Shown here: piece by piece, positions 24,247 through 37,523 of the stretch
Numbering within the stretch: position 1 is the stretch's first letter
Layout: each line of letters begins with the position of its first letter
DNA from: Octopus vulgaris
Taxonomy: Eukaryota
NCBI GenBank assembly: GCA_951406725.2
Contig: OX597814.1
Span: forward strand, 76,074,001-76,138,000
Reading direction: 5' to 3'
DNA length: 64,000 nt
Made by a program: the position numbers and the translations under genes
The notes under the pieces: model-generated
Databases searched by the model: none
Told to the model about the DNA's origin: nothing
Seen by the model: the letters and a program-made list of their open reading frames with translations, nothing else

Positions 24247-24571
24247 TATCATCATCATCATCATCATTTAACATCCTTGGGTAAACATTGTGAGTGGGAT
24301 ATGGTTGAGGTCTTTCATATGTGTATGTGGTGTCATGTAAAAGCATGTGTAGTGCCATGAAAAAGTGCCTGTGTGGTGCCATGCAAAAGTACACACCACA
24401 CTTTGTAAAGTGGTTGGTGTTAGGAAGAGTATCCAGCTGTAGAAACCATGCCAAAACAGACAGAGATCCTGAACAGCCCTTCAGCTTGCCAGCTCTGGTC
24501 ACACTGTCCAACCTATGCCAGCAGACATTAAATGATGATGATAATGATGATGATGCTATGTATATATATAT

Positions 24572-24882
24572 CGTTTGTAGAAAACAAATCTGAAAGAAGA
24601 AGCACACTCTAAGATGTAGAGCAGTACATATTAAAAATGGGGAAGGCTGGTTTATGGGATTACCTTAGGTTTCCCATCCATAAAGGGTTTAGCTTTATGG
24701 TGTATTGTCAGATCCCAAAAACCTGTTGGCCCATGACCTCTTAAAAAAACTTTTTTTTTAAGAGGTCATGGACCAACAGGTTTTTGGGATCTGACAATAT
24801 GCCATAAAGCTAAATCCTTTATGGACAGGAAACCTAAGGTAATCCCATAAATCGACCTTCCCCATTTTTAACATATATATAC
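24572..24882. mobile_element. Fold-back PLE-type element, family F1 (copy 2)
   Basis: Palindrome with almost no spacer, centred at 24750 (arms ~24625-24749 and 24751-24880), TA-rich flanks, and a tail homologous to 5298-5345. Confidence 0.88.
24785..24847 (+). ncRNA. Type I hammerhead motif with G8>A (mirror at 24655-24717, minus strand)
   Basis: TGGGAT-CTGACAA-[CCATAAAG...CTTTATGG]-GAAA-CC taa GG-TA-ATCCCA. Confidence 0.72.
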
Positions 24883-25500
24883 TAGAGGGTAAGGTCAGAA
24901 GCTTCCCTTAAGCCATTAATAATCTTCCTACATATATGCTTGTCAACTATATCAGTCTTTAACTTAGTGGTGTTTATCAACCGACATTTAGAGACAAAGT
25001 TAGCCTTATGGTCCTTAATAGTGATAAAAGTTTTATGTGTAGCTAGTGTCTTTATTTTGTTGTCCGTAGCTAACTTCACAGAAAAATCTTTGGCTCCACT
25101 GTTTATATTATCATAAGTATACATGTCTGCCCTCATATATCTCCATGGGTGCCATTTCTTAGTACCTGCTCATACAATATTGTCAGCTTCATATAAATTC
25201 TTTGTGTTATTAGAGAACAGCAAGGTCTTATTTAAGATTTTTAGCTTCAGATCTAGGTTTATTCTGAAAGGAATTTGAAAACATACAGAATGTCAGGTTC
25301 AAGAAGTCTGATTCTATGCAATCCAGGTCCTTGATTCTAAACAAGAACGGTTTTGAGTTAATGCCAAAGCATTCTTTCTTTGAGAGTTGCTGTATGGATT
25401 GTTGAAGAATATTTTCTGTCACATTCATCTCAGAAGGTCTACAATTTTCTCTAGCAGTCTTTTCACATATTATTCATTGAATAGTTTCGATATGCTCTTG
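24882..25500 (-). mobile_element. Penelope-like RT N-terminal remnant
   Basis: 'TFITIKDHKANFVSKCRLINTTK' matches the same motif at ~53355-53460 ('LKDHK...LICPSGSGIGKISK'). Confidence 0.75.
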
Positions 25501-25992
25501 GTCAAATAATCAATGTCATATGAATCTAAAGTTAATATGAATTTTATAAGTTTTGATAGTGGAGAGCTTACTATCAATAAATGCTGTGGAAGAGACCTCT
25601 TGTTACTCACTGTATTTGAGTCAGAAGCATGTTACATGATTGGTTATGGTTCTTAATCAAAATAAAGTGCTCATCTATAGAAAATTAGAGAGGTGGTATA
25701 ATATAGTTTAATAGGGATCATGTTAATTAATGATACAACATGGCTCCCTGTTTAGAGTAAGGTTGATTGTCTCACACTTGTCAAATGTGCACTTCATGAA
25801 TTTCAGTTGAATGCAACAAAGGAAAGATGGTTGCTGTAAAAGTCTTGCACATAAAGCCTTTTGGAAAAAAATATTAAAAAATAGTTTTAAAAAGAGAAAA
25901 ATTGCATTACCACACTGATACAGACTACCTAGATAGACAGACAGGTAAGTAGGTAAGTAGGAAGATAGATAGATAGATATACAGGCAGGCAG

Positions 25993-26085
<93 letters not shown>

Positions 26086-26677
26086 TATACACACACGGCA
26101 ATCCAGATAGTATGTATGAGTGTGGTCAGTGGAGATACATGAAAAACAAAGCAAGTGAAAAACATAGTACAAGAAAAAATAAGCAAGACTATAAATCAAT
26201 ATAATTATCCTGTGGGGAAGAAACAGAGAAGAATTGATGTTTCAGACACAGGTCCTTCACCATCAATAGAATAAAAGTACAAAAAAAATCTAAAAAAGGA
26301 TAAATTGCCAAGTGTAAAAAGCAGTTCTAATTTTAGTAAGGCAACATGGTGATTGGCAGAAGGAAATGGGTAGAGCAGAAGTGTTCAGAATAATGGTTTA
26401 AAGCCTAAAGAGCAGAAAGAACTAAGGGAAATAAGCTAGATGAGCATAGGAAAGTGTAAGGAATTGCATGTGTGTGTGTGCATGCGTGCAAGCGTGCGTG
26501 TGTATGGCTAATGGAAGACAGATATTTCTGGCCTAACAGGGTGAAGTGTATCCTGGTTGCAGCAACATGAAGAAGTGTATGTATAAGAAAGTATGAGTGA
26601 GTATGCTGTGGTATGTGTTCTGAAAAATAAAAGAGAGTGTGGTGTGCTGCTGTCTGAAAAGTGTGAACAGAACATAA

Positions 26678-26717
<40 letters not shown>

Positions 26718-27136
26718 GAGGACTGAAAGTAGATGTGAAAGTATTTATTGTTCTGTTTGGATGTTTGGAGGGAAAGCAATGCTTTTAGAGGAAGCAAATT
26801 GACAATTAATCCTACCTGGGTTAGTTGTATTTAACCAGAAAATTAATTGTTATTCAAGATTCAAATAAGAGAGAGGGGATATCCATGGTTTAGATAAAAT
26901 ACTGGAAAAGCCAAGCATGACACTGGTAGGTGTTGATCTGATGGTTTATGGTATGAAACTGGGTGTTTAATGCTTCTAACTTCAAATCTTGTCTATGTCA
27001 ACTTGGCAAAAGAATTGAGAGCCTAAATATGAGGAATGCCACTACATTTTAATATCTTTCATTATGGGTCTACTGAATCAGAACTGATTTAGGGTTATAC
27101 AACAATATGGATGAAATAAAGGGGCAACCTTTATGC

Positions 27137-27979
27137 AAGTGGTTCTCAACCAGGTCCATATAAGACTTTGTTGTTAAAATTTATCTGCAATAAATTGGTT
27201 AACCCTTTAGTGTTCAGCTGACTGTTAAATGTAGTGCTTATTTATTCATATTGCTTTGAATTAACCATACATTCATTATCTCATAGTTTTGAGGTTTCAA
27301 TGATATGATTGTTTATTTTAAGAATGACATTATAGGGTAGATGTGAAAGACTATATAATCCAGTTTGAATGTAAAACAGATAGAATATTTGGGCAAAAAG
27401 GTTAAACTTCTACAATTCACAAGATATTTTATTCTTTTATTTGTTTCAGTCATTTGACTGTGGCCATGCTGGAGCACCACATTTAGGTGAACAAATCAAC
27501 CCAAGGACTTATTCTTTGTACTTATTCTATTGGTCTCTTAGCCGAATCGCTAAGTTACAGAGACATAAACATTCCACTTTTGGTTGTTAAGCGATGGTGG
27601 GGGGACAAATACAAATACAGACACACAAACACACACACATACATACACACACACATACACACACACATATTTATATACAACAGGCTTCTTTCAGTTTCTG
27701 TCTACCAAATCCACTCACAAAGCTTTAGTCGGCCTAAGGCTATAGTAGACGACACTTGCCCAAAGTGCCATGCAGTGGGACTGAACCCAGAAGCATGTGT
27801 TTGGTAAGCAAGCTACTTACTACACAGCCACTCCAACAATTTTTTCTATACAATTCCTAATAATACTTAATCATAAAAATATAGTATTATTTTTTTAAAC
27901 ATTGAATGGCTAAGAGGATCCATCTGAGTAAAATAGGAATCAAAAGGGTCCATAGTTAAAAAATGGTTGAGAAATATTG
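27137..27979. mobile_element. hAT-like MITE remnant with a nested piggyBac-like MITE (27199-27405) and a SINE
   Basis: Ends are CAAGTGGTTCTCAACC and GGTTGAGAAATATTG. The nested TTAACCCTTTAG...AAAGGTTAA unit is homologous (inverted) to 36961-37182. Confidence 0.5.
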
Positions 27980-28168
27980 TGTGTTTACAATTGTTCAAAC
28001 TACTGAAAATAGTCAAATCTCTCTCAAATTCACCCTAGTTCAAATAGAGTAGTCCTAGATACACTTTGATAAAAGATGGGACGATCACAACTGGAACATC
28101 TTTGATAATATGTCTGCTGATCTTGGAGTGATTAAAAGTAGGTGACTAAACAACAACAACAGCAGAGT

Positions 28169-28370
28169 GGAGACGCCATGGCCCAGTGGTTAGGGCAGAA
28201 GACTCGCGGTCATAAGGACGCGGTTTCAATTCCCAGACCAGGCATTGTGAGTGTTTATTGAGCAAAATCACCTAAGCTCCACAAGGCTCTTGCGGGGTGG
28301 GGGTGGGGTGAACCCCGCTGTACTCTTTCACCACAACTTTCTCTTAATCTTTCTTCCTACTTCTGCTACA
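28169..28370 (+). mobile_element. tRNA-derived SINE
   Basis: A box TGGCCCAGTGG, B-box-like GGTTTCAATTCC, then TTGAGCAAAATCACCTAA core. Confidence 0.65.
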
Positions 28371-29593
28371 AAGCAGAAGAACCATGGCGTAACCCACCAT
28401 AGTGTGGTAAACTTTCAGACCTTAGTCTAGATTGTGAATCCTCTGTACCCCAGGATGGTTCAGCTCTCCACCCATTAAAAAGTCACCGTTTATGAAGTGA
28501 GGATAACAACATAGCTTTCACGCCCATGCAACCACCAGTCTATCGCATGTGGTGAGTGGATCTTCAAGTTGTCGCACGCATTCTTAGTAGCTTAGAGTAG
28601 GCTCGAATTAGAGATTATTCTTTGTGGCTAATGGCATGAGTCCTGATTGAAAGAAGAAGACAACAGCAGAAGCCAGCCAAGGATAGATCCTCAGAGGGTT
28701 CAGTCGACTTGTTAGAAATAGCAGCTAAATCTCTCTCAAATTTCTTCCTATTAACTCATGGTTACATTAATGGTTAAATGGAAGTTATGGAACAATCTAG
28801 AAACTTTATATCATATACCACTTGGAAAAGAAATACCATAGCAGCAGCAGCACTACTGGAGGCAGTAGTGGTGGTGGTGGTGGTGTTGGTAGTAGTAGTC
28901 ATAGTACCACCACTACCACTACTACTACAACCACTAACATCACCACTACCATCACCCCCCACCACTACTTCTACCACTACTACCATTACTACCACCACTA
29001 TCAGCACCACTACTACTACTACCACCACCACAAACACCACTGCTTCTGGCACCATCACAACCAACATCATCACTAGTACTACTACTACTGCTGCTGTTGT
29101 TGTCATGATAGCAGTCAAAGTAATGACAGTGACAGTGGTGGCAGTTGGTGGCAATTGTGGTGGTCTTCATAGGGTGTGAGAGCTGGGGGTGACTGTTGTC
29201 ATCATTACGGGGGGGAAGGGGGTGCTATCTTTTTTATTTCGTATTTTTACTTTTATCATTTTGATTTTTTTAATGACAAGTCATGTAAATTATTAATTTC
29301 AGATTTTTACTTTTTTCTCTTGAAATTAAATTGTGCAGAACTATAACAGTGTGAAATGTGGTTATTGATATGTCAAATAATTATTGTAATAACAAGTGAC
29401 TGAGGTTTTCTTTTCTTTCTTTCTTTTTTAAACATTCATCTGTTCTTATTTTCACTATGTGAGTGTGTGTGTGTGTGTATGTATGTGCACATACACTTGT
29501 AGGTGTATGTGTATATCATTACCATCATCATCATTTAACATCTGTTCTCCATACTGGATTGGCTGGCTGGAGAGGTGCTCAGACTCCCTTTGC

Positions 29594-29635
<42 letters not shown>

Positions 29636-29901
29636 TTGCTATTATGTTAAAGTGTTGTATGTACAAATTTAGCCAAATGCTTTTTTCAATATTTATTTCT
29701 GCTTGCAATAGCCAGCTCTTTTGGTCAAACCATCATATCTCCAGCTACTTCCGATGCCAAGATATCGAAAATTGTCAAAGTGTAGTATAATGGTTTTACT
29801 ATGAAATGGTGAAATTATTTTTCTGTTTTCTGAAAAAGCAGCATTTTGTACTTAAGACACCTTTGGATAATAGCAACGATATATATATTTGTGAACTTTA
29901 C

Positions 29902-30293
29902 GTTAGTTAAAATATGTTTGTCACATATTTCAGCTGCTAAAGGCAAATTCACTGCAGTTACCATGGAGAAAAATTCTCTTTTATAGTAAAAAAGATGTAA
30001 AAGCACTATATCTGACCAGTGCTGCCACCTATTGAATTTCCAGACTTCGATGTTTCTAGCTTTGAAGCTGTTATCAATGGAAGATACCAAAGAGAGGCAA
30101 CTCTGGAGAGATCTAATCAAGCCATGGCTTAGAAACTGGAAAACTTGATATCTGAGAATCCAACAGGTGGCAGCACTGGACAGATAAAATGTTTTTATAC
30201 CGTTTTTACCGTAAAAGAGAATTTTTCTCCATGGTAACTGCAGTGAATTTGCCTGTAGCAGTTGAAATATGTCACAAAGATATTTTAACTAAC
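29902..30293. mobile_element. Palindromic MITE-like element
   Basis: Arms ~29902-30036 and ~30156-30293, e.g. GGCAAATTCACTGCAGTTACCATGGAGAAAAATTCTCTTTTA and its reverse complement. Confidence 0.82.
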
Positions 30294-30384
30294 CTAATAT
30301 CAGTGCAGATATTACTGCACATACACACACACATACATACATATATTATTACACACACATATATATGCATGTATAGGTATGTGT

Positions 30385-30419
<35 letters not shown>

Positions 30420-30593
30420 TTTATATACACTCATGTATATGCATATATATATATTTATGTGTGTGTGTATATATATATTATATGCATATATATATGCGTG
30501 TGTGTGTGTGTGTGCGCACACATATGCATATATATGCTTATATATATATATATATATATATATAGGAAAAAAGCAACAAGAATGGATTAAAAT

Positions 30594-30679
30594 CTCGGTA
30601 CGATCGTTTCGTACGAGGACATCTTTAATAAGCTACAAAAAATGCAGTGAATACAGATGGCTCGTACTCGTCAGCCGAA
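30594..30679 (-). ncRNA. Type I hammerhead ribozyme motif (mirror of 31501-31586)
   Basis: Exact reverse complement of the plus-strand motif. Confidence 0.88.
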
Positions 30680-31500
30680 AAAATATCAGAGAATTCCCAA
30701 ACATCAAAAGGGGTAGATACAAAAGAGGTTGTAAGATTAACTGCATTGAAGAAAGTTCGATTCATGGAGATCCGATGAAAGGTTTTAAACCTATAGAATT
30801 TATGCATGTCTACATATAGCTCATATTGAATATTTGATCAAGTTGTATGAAGAAATTTTCGGATACAGTCATGCAAAATTTCTGAAAATCCGAGTAAGAG
30901 GCAAAGTGACTGCCATATCATGTAGAGGAAGGTCTGAGTAAAAGCATAGTGACTGTCATATCGTGTAGAGGAACAGATTGTTATTGAAAATTTCATTAAC
31001 AACCTGAACCACTACAATATAAGACCGTCATTTTGCTTCTCATTCGGATTCCCTGATATTTTCGCATGATTGTACCCTAAATCTCTCCACAAAACTGGAT
31101 TATGAACTATAAGGACATACACAAATTTTGTAAGTTCAAGACTTTTTCATCGGATCTCCAAAAATCGAACTTATCTGCGATTCTTGTAAATTTCAATAAC
31201 AATCTGTTCCTCTACACGATATGACAGTCACTATGCTTTTACTCAGACCTTCCTCTACATGATATGGCAGTCACTTTGCCTCTTACTCGGATTTTCAGAA
31301 ATTTTGCATGACTGTATCCGAAAATTTCTTCATACAACTTGATCAAATATTCAATATGAGCTATATGTAGACATGCATAAATTCTATAGGTTTAAAACCT
31401 TTCATCGGATCTCCATGAATCGAACTTTCTTCAATGCAGTTAATCTTACAACCTCTTTTGTATCTACCCCTTTTGATGTTTGGGAATTCTCTGATATTTT

Positions 31501-31586
31501 TTCGGCTGACGAGTACGAGCCATCTGTATTCACTGCATTTTTTGTAGCTTATTAAAGATGTCCTCGTACGAAACGATCGTACCGAG
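31501..31586 (+). ncRNA. Type I hammerhead ribozyme, intact core, palindromic mini stem III
   Basis: TTCGG-CTGACGA-GTACGAG...CTCGTAC-GAAA-CGATCG-TA-CCGAG; the 7-bp stem II is extended by CATCT/AGATG. Confidence 0.9.
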
Positions 31587-31734
31587 ATTTTAATCCATTC
31601 TTGTTGCTTTTTTCCTATTTGTAATCACCCCACTTGTCGTATGGTTAACACCATATAGATTTCCGGTGCATCCTAGTTAAGGACCATATTCATGTGAATT
31701 CTTTAGAATTCACTAGAATCTCAATTACTTAACC

Positions 31735-31798
<64 letters not shown>

Positions 31799-34700
31799 TG
31801 GCATTAGAAAGGGCAGCCAGCTATAGAAAATATATCAAAGCAAACACAGGAACAGTGTGCCACATAGTGAGACTGAACTCAAGACTATTTGGTTAGGAAA
31901 CAAGTTTGTTGACTACAGTTTATGTATATATATGTGTATATAAGTGCATGTGTTTGTGTGTGCATGTGTGAGCCTTTATTTACATTTACATTTCATTACC
32001 ATTACCCCTGTCAAGAAATTATCTGCTAGTTTCGTGCCTCCAAAAACATGTCGAATAAAAGACTTATTACTTGAAAAACAGGTAAGGGTTAGTGACAAGA
32101 AGAACATCAAGCTCTAAAGCAATGCCTCAATAATATATTCATCTAACCCTAGGTAGCAAGCTAAAATGGATGTAAAATCAAATGAATATAAACGCACGTT
32201 TGTATACACATGTACATGCAGACACACACAAGCCACACACATGCATGCACACACACACACACTTTGATGTAGGCATTGCTGTATGGTTAAAAAAGTTTTC
32301 TTTGCAAATATGTTTCCTGTTTGATCACAGTGCACATTATTGCTTTCATCGTCATATATCTGCAGGTCAGCCTGACTAAATGCTCTTGACATGCAGGTAG
32401 TCATGGGATCTATCTTTGCAGTTGTACCAGATCTCTGTCTAACCAAGTACCATACTGCACACTTCAACATGCAATGGTCTATCATATAAAAGGGCAGTTA
32501 GGCAATCTGGACCACCACTACCACCACTATTTAGCCTGTTTATAATACTTATAAATTTGGGTGGTGACCTCATCAGAAACAGTAAGAGAGATTTGGTCAG
32601 GGTTCAACACTTGCTACTTGTCTACTCTTATTATTGGTGTTGTGCAGGGTGGCAAGCTGGCAGAGTCATCAGTAGACCAGGCACAATGCTGAGCATCATT
32701 TTGTCTATCTTTATGTTCTGAGTTCAAATTCTGCCAAGGTCAGCTTTGCCTTTCATTCTTTCAGGGTTGATAAAATAATTATTACCAGATGGATACTGGT
32801 CAATGTAATCGACTTACCCTCCCCTAAAATTTCTGGGTTCGTCCCAAAATTTGAAACCGTTTGAAACCATTATTAGTGATGTGTATCTAGGCAAAGTATT
32901 TGGTTGGGGTCAATAAGGCTATTAATGCAACAGCCACTTCTTTATGGATGTCTTCCACATTGAGTTGGTGGATGTTACTGTAATAGTGCTCTAGGGTATT
33001 GTATATGTGTCTGGATGTTTGGAGGTGAATTTTCATGTAGTGAGATGGACTATGGAGTTGAAGCTTTGTTGGAGGAACAAACCATACCCCTTGCATGTCT
33101 GGCTGACTTGTTTTTAGCTCAGTCACTTTCAACTATTTTTTTCATCTATGAACTCCTTTAATTACTATTTTACTCTGGTGGACCCCCATAGCCATTTGAT
33201 GTATAAAACTTCTTTCAATTCTTATTCTGTTATTCACACATTCACTTGTGTAGTTTGTGTAAAATGTTAGAGAAAGCAATCTAGAGAAAACAATCTTGCA
33301 ATAAATACATCCAAAGCAAAATTTTTTCTTGAGTCCTTAAAATACTATCTTGGATCTCCAATTTACTATTTTGCTTGCAAGGACCTCCAAAAATCTCATA
33401 TGGACCCCAGCTCTGTTGAGAACCACTGCTCTAGGTGATCTGAGAGTGGAAACTGTGTATAAACTGTTATCACGTGCACTGCACTGTGTTCATTAAAGTT
33501 ATTTGTAGTGGATAAGATAAAACCCAGACAGGGCTAACTTGGTCCATGATGGATTTAATGTATTGCTTGTATACATCTTCGTTGTTTCTTTCTCTTGCCC
33601 AAATGTGGTACCTGTGATTGCTCTAAGTGTGTGGGGGTGGGAGAGAAAGGGAGAGTTAGCTTTCTTTATTCTGTCTTCTGTGTATGATGTGGATGTTGTA
33701 AAAGGATTGTATGAAGATGCATATGTTTGTGTGCTTATGTATGTTTATAGATCTGGGAATAAGTTGGTGTAGATGTACATAAGTGAGAGGGAAAGAGAGA
33801 GAGAGAGAGAGAGAGAGAATGTGTGTGTGTGTGTGTGAGGGACAATAACATTATGAGAGAACAGATCAATATGATGACTGATGCCATTGGTTTGCTGCAA
33901 TATCTTTATATTGCCTAACATATTCAACCTTAGAAAATATCTTATTGAAGAAAAGCAGAAATTCTCAAAAAAACATCCTCAGAAATCCCGAATTTCTTTA
34001 CATTTTTGTTTTAATAAAGTATCTCCAACAAGATAGACAACATTAATATCTTCATATTTTTCATCTTTAATTCTATTTCATGCTGTTCTACACACCCATC
34101 CATCCATCCTTAGACAGTTTCAGTATTATTATATCAGTTGTTCTGAGAGTGGTTTGCTAACCCTTCACTAAAACTCTTCTCCTATATCTGGAGTAAGGGT
34201 TACTACTTGTAGTCTCCATAACCCTACTCACTTGTAACATAATGTAACTGATATTTATTTATCAACCCCAGGATGATGAAAAGCAAAGTGAACCTTGGTT
34301 GGATTTGAACTCAGAGTATAGAGAACCACAATAGATATTATAGGACTTACTATGTGGCTCTCTAATAACTATGCCAACTTAAGCATTAATATTGGTTTCA
34401 AATTTTGACACAAGGCTAGCAATTTCACGGCAGTGGGTAAATCGATTACATTGATCCCAGTGATCAAATAGTCCTTATTTTATCAATCTTGAAAGGATGA
34501 AAGGCAAAGTCAACCTCAGCAGAATTTGAACTCCCAACGTAAAGACAGACAAAATACCACGAAACATTTTGCCTGCCACAGTGAGGACTCTGCCATTTCA
34601 CTGCCCTCAAATGAACATTAATATCAGAAGAGAGTAATTTCAATCAAACAACACTGCCATCATCTCAGAATTTTCTGCAACCTACTTTTAAATGAGTTTG

Positions 34701-35145
34701 AAGACAGACTTGGGGGAATTCTGGACTAAATGCTTGGTAGTATTTAGTAAGCTCCTACTGTGTGCTGAGTTCAAATTCTATTGATGTTGACTTTGCCTTT
34801 TGCCTTTTCTGGGTAAATATCTAAAGTAACATACAAGTAGATAAAATCAGCTGTTCCTTTACACAAACATTTGTGGCCTTGTACCTAAAGTATAAATCAT
34901 TATTGAAGTAGCAGAATTGTTACCACATCAGACAAAATGCTCAACAGCATTTTTTGCAGTTCTTCATACACTGAGTTCAAATCCTGCCAAAGTCAACTTT
35001 GCCAGTAATCCTTTTTGGGCTTGATAAAATGAAATTATCATGCAAATACTGGTGGGTAATGTAATTGTCTATTGACCTCCCCATAAAATTGTTGACTTTG
35101 TGCCAAAATTTGAAACAATCATCATCATCATCATCATCATTGTTA

Positions 35146-35229
<84 letters not shown>

Positions 35230-35230
<1 letters not shown>

Positions 35231-36208
35231 TATGTTTGACTTTTGCTTTATATTTGTACAAGTTGGCTCCAAGTCTCACCCAGAGACCTCAAGAGACAAC
35301 AGGGTTGGAAGTTCATGTTGTTGTTATGCCTAGTGTGCCATATATTTGGGGGGTGGGGGTGTTGTACTAATGAATGTCTAAAAAAAATTTTTTTTTTTTT
35401 TTTTTTAAACCGAAAATTATGTTTGTTTTAAACCTTGAGATTACATAGAAAGTATTTTGCGTAGGATATGAGCAGTTCCCATGAGCACTATCTTTTGAAT
35501 TTCTGCCATTTTTGGGTTTCCTGGTATCTGAGTTAGGTAGCTATCTGCCCCTTTTGCTATCATTCCCAGGGCACCTATGACAACAGGTATTGTTTTAGTC
35601 TTCAGCTTCCACATTTTGCTGATTTCTATTTCAAGATCTTTATATTTGCTCAGTTTTTGGTAGGTCTTGACAGATACGTTTATATCGATTGGGACAGTCA
35701 TATCAATGAGGAGGCATGTTCTTTGTTTGAAGTCTTTCAATATGATGTCTGGCCTATTTGCATCTATCTTTCTGTCAGTTTGAATGGCGAAGTTCCAGAG
35801 GAGTGAGATGTGGTCATTTTCAAGCACTGGGGGTGGTTTGTGTTCCCACCAGTTTTTTTCATGAGGCAAATCCAGGTTTTTACAGATTACCCAGTGAATA
35901 TATTGTGCAGCTCTATCGTGCCTGTTGAGATACTCTGTAGGCGCTAGAAGACTGCACTTGGAGACCACATGGTCAATGGTTTCATTTTGTTGCTTGCATA
36001 CACGACACGTTGGACTGCTTCTGATCTTTAATATGTTGGCCTGGTAGTTTCTTGTTGGTAGGCATTGATCTTGAGCTGCTATGATAAACCCCTCTGTTTC
36101 AGATTTTAAGCCAGAGGCCATTAGCCATTGATGGGTCAGGGCTTTGTCAACATCTGCATTATTTGCTCTCTTTGGGTATTTGCCATAGAGAGGTTTTTCT
36201 TTCCATTT
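35230..36208 (-). mobile_element. R4/Dong-type LINE 3' fragment, second subfamily (CCHC plus REL endonuclease, ORF 35441-36121)
   Basis: 'CRVCKQQNETIDHVVSKC', 'RHD', 'NRPDIIL', 'IPVVIGALG'; (ATT)n on both sides. Confidence 0.92.
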
Positions 36209-36254
36209 ATCATTCAGAATATATTATTATTAATATTATTATTATTATTATTAA

Positions 36255-36299
<45 letters not shown>

Positions 36300-36526
36300 G
36301 GATAAGGCAGTGGGCTGGTAGAATCATTAGCACACCAGACAAAATGCTTAGCAGTATTTTGTCTGTCCTTATGCTCTGAGTTAAAATTCCACCAAGATTG
36401 ACTTTGCCTTTATCCTTTTGGAGTTGATGAAATAAGTACTAGTCAAGCACTAGGGTCAATGTAATTGGCTTGCCCCCTCCCCCAAAATTTCTAGTCTTGT
36501 GCCTATAGTAGAAAGGATTGTTATTA

Positions 36527-36599
<73 letters not shown>

Positions 36600-36960
36600 G
36601 AGTAAGGCAGTGAGCTGGCAGAATCTTTAGCACACCTGATGTCAACTTTGTCTTTCGTCCTTTCAGTACTGGTTGAGCAATGGGGTTGATGTAATCGACT
36701 TACCCCCTCCCCCAAAACTGCTGGCCTTGTGTCAAAATTTGAAACCATTATTATTACTAACAGTACTGAAGATAGTGAGCTGACAATATTGTTAGAACAT
36801 CAGAATAAATTCCTCAACAGTATATGTTCCAGCTCTTTACATTCTGAGTTCAAATGTCACTAGGTTAAGGCCTTAGTATAGTCAAGTACTGAGGTCAATA
36901 ATACTGATTATCCCCTTCTCCTTAAAATAGCTGGCCTTGTGCCTAGATCAGAAACTATTA

Positions 36961-37182
36961 TTAACTCTTTAGCATTTAAATCAGCTGTATCTGGCTGGAA
37001 TATTATACCTGTTTTATGTTCAAACTGGTAAAATCTTGCTTCACACACCTACCCTACAATGCCATTCTAAAAATAAATACATTATTGAAATCTTGAAGGA
37101 ACAGAATAATGTATAATTATTTTTAAAAATATAAATAAACAAACATTACATCTGACTGAGTAATCTGAATGCTAAAGGGATA
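36961..37182. mobile_element. piggyBac-like MITE
   Basis: TTAA-CTCTTTAGCATTTA ... TGAATGCTAAAGGG-ATAA termini; homologous copy at 27199-27405. Confidence 0.6.
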
Positions 37183-37281
37183 AGGGTGTTGAATGACAGA
37201 TCCAGAAGAATGAGTTTGTATGTTTGTGTGTACAAGTATATATAAGTGCAAGTGATTGTACATATGTATCCATACATACAT

Positions 37282-37356
<75 letters not shown>

Positions 37357-37486
37357 ATGGACAACAACCCTGATGTTACTGTGCAGCTATGATATAATGA
37401 GATCATTGGGTATATTGGGCTTTGCATATTTGCACCCCTAAGTCACTTTGATAGCATGCATTGTTCTCTCACTCAGTAATAATAAT

Positions 37487-37523
<37 letters not shown>

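Larger units (their letters stand above)
30562..31736. mobile_element. Fold-back PLE-type element, family F3, inside (TA)n
   Basis: Arms ~30562-30989 and ~31191-31618 appear identical (identical 60-aa translations at 30625-30807 minus and 31373-31555 plus). A 3' tail at 31619-31736 is followed by (TA)n. Confidence 0.93.

Noticed and set aside
28169-28250. Functional tRNA genes at SINE heads
   Set aside because: A/B boxes are present but there is no complete cloverleaf, and they continue into SINE bodies.
28774-29179. Thr/Val/His-rich ORFs resembling a mucin
   Set aside because: Degenerate (ACC/ACT)n trinucleotide repeat open on both strands; no signal peptide or splice support.
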